A stretch of 64,000 bases of DNA, from positions 15-64,014 of the forward strand of contig DATJNM010000074.1 in NCBI GenBank assembly GCA_035508155.1, read 5' to 3'. The translations under genes and the position numbers were made by a program. Every line of letters starts with the position of its first letter. Within the stretch, counting starts at the first letter, position 1. The notes beneath the pieces are model-generated. The model was not told the origin of the DNA. It was given only the letters and a program-made list of their open reading frames with translations, and searched no databases. Below are positions 63,015 to 64,000 of the stretch, in pieces. This stretch comes from Candidatus Sulfopaludibacter sp. (GTDB lineage: Bacteria; Verrucomicrobiota; Verrucomicrobiia; Limisphaerales; UBA11358).

Positions 63015-63677
63015 ATGACGGCCACGCTTTTCAACCGATCCGGCACGATTTTCATTGTGGATGACGACGCGTCCTTCCTGCGGTCGGTGTCTCGTTTGTT
63101 GCGTGCCGTCGGTTTTAGCGTGCAGACTTTTGAATCAGCGCAGGAATTTCTGGCCGGGCTGACTCCGGAAATGTCCGGCTGTGTCGTGGCCGATTTGCAG
63201 ATGCCCGGAATGAACGGGTTGGAATTGCAGGATGCGTTGAGACGGTCGGTGAACCCGATGCCGGTCATTTTTCTGACGGGACAGGGGGACATTCCGACGA
63301 CGGTCAATGCGATGCGCAGCGGGGCGGAGGATTTTTTGACGAAGCGCGCCCGGAAGGAAGAGCTGTTGGCGGCGGTGGAGCGGGCGTTTGAACGTGACGT
63401 GCAGGAGCGGCAGCAACGCGAACGGTTGCGAGACCTGCGTCATCGTTTTGCCGGGCTTAGCAAACGCGAGCTGGAGGTATTGGGGCACGTGGTGCGGGGC
63501 CAGATGAACAAACAGATTGCCGCCGACCTCCATATCAATGAGCGCACCGTGAAATTACACCGGACGAACATCACAAGAAAATCAGGAGTACAGTCAGTCG
63601 CCGAACTGACGCGCCTGGTGGATGAAGCCGGGTTGTTCCATAAGCCGCAGATAACCGGATCCAGTGATCCTGACTGA
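63015..63677 (+). CDS. Response regulator, FixJ/LuxR family (REC + HTH_LuxR)
   Basis: IFIVDDD...VVADLQMPGMNG...K receiver, then LSKRELEVLGHVVRGQMNKQIAADLHINERTVKLHR. Confidence 0.9.
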   Translation: MTATLFNRSGTIFIVDDDASFLRSVSRLLRAVGFSVQTFESAQEFLAGLTPEMSGCVVADLQMPGMNGLELQDALRRSVNPMPVIFLTGQGDIPTTVNAMRSGAEDFLTKRARKEELLAAVERAFERDVQERQQRERLRDLRHRFAGLSKRELEVLGHVVRGQMNKQIAADLHINERTVKLHRTNITRKSGVQSVAELTRLVDEAGLFHKPQITGSSDPD

Positions 63678-64000
63678 ATCAGAGGCGCCGGCAAATTCCG
63701 TGGCAATGTCGCTTCGTGTCTCAATTTGCGTCACTTTGAAATTCAGAATCAGGTGTTTGCCCGTTTCATCGCGCCGACGAGTGAGATAATTCCTGCGTTT
63801 CCAACCGGAAGAGGTCCGCTAAAGGATCGGCTACGTGCCCTTAGGGGCAGTTATAGGCCTTTTGGTCTTTTGAATGCTGATTTTCCAGGGCATGCGGTTG
63901 CATCAGGCAATCAGTGAACAAAACCGAACTCATAGTAACCCGCCTGTTGCGCGTTCACACCGTTAAAAGCAGAAAGAGAAAGAGTAGTATGAAAATGAAA

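Overview
GC-rich chromosomal segment, most likely from a PVC-superphylum bacterium. It looks Verrucomicrobiota-like because it carries an H-X9-DG prepilin-type protein, a PEP-CTERM protein and the PVC 'small basic protein'; this placement is inference from gene content. I count about 62 protein genes, nearly all housekeeping: infC(partial)-larC-larB, glyQS, tadA, folD, lolCE/lolD, purB, rpmH-rnpA-yidD-yidC-jag, yceD-rpmF-plsX-fabH, coaD, moeB, rnc and mutL. There is one tRNA-Asp(GTC), an acid-sugar utilisation cluster, and several signalling proteins (CHASE2 cyclase + FecR, a cNMP-binding kinase, a hybrid kinase, and a PBP-type kinase with a FixJ-type regulator). I found no transposase, integrase, CRISPR array, rRNA or recognisable defence genes. 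The unusual content is not a gene cluster but the short-repeat layer. Many gene junctions carry a short imperfect palindrome. Many of these are built from tandem degenerate heptamers (AACATTC, AAATCGN, TTTATGA, CAGAAGN, GTCGAGG and others), and there are also several GC-rich structured palindrome families. Repeats of these kinds also sit in frame inside conserved proteins: purB, glyQS, a Zn-ADH (twice), an S10 peptidase, the yidD tail, and possibly mutL and rnpA. For most of them a related copy or the same heptamer word occurs elsewhere in the window. This resembles Rickettsia palindromic elements and cyanobacterial STRR repeats, but I do not know of a description in this lineage. Three genes appear inactivated: larB by a frameshift, a yjbQ-like gene by a TGA plus two 1-nt deletions, and a membrane protein by an in-frame TAG. 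All homology calls rest on my reading of the translations. No database search was run.
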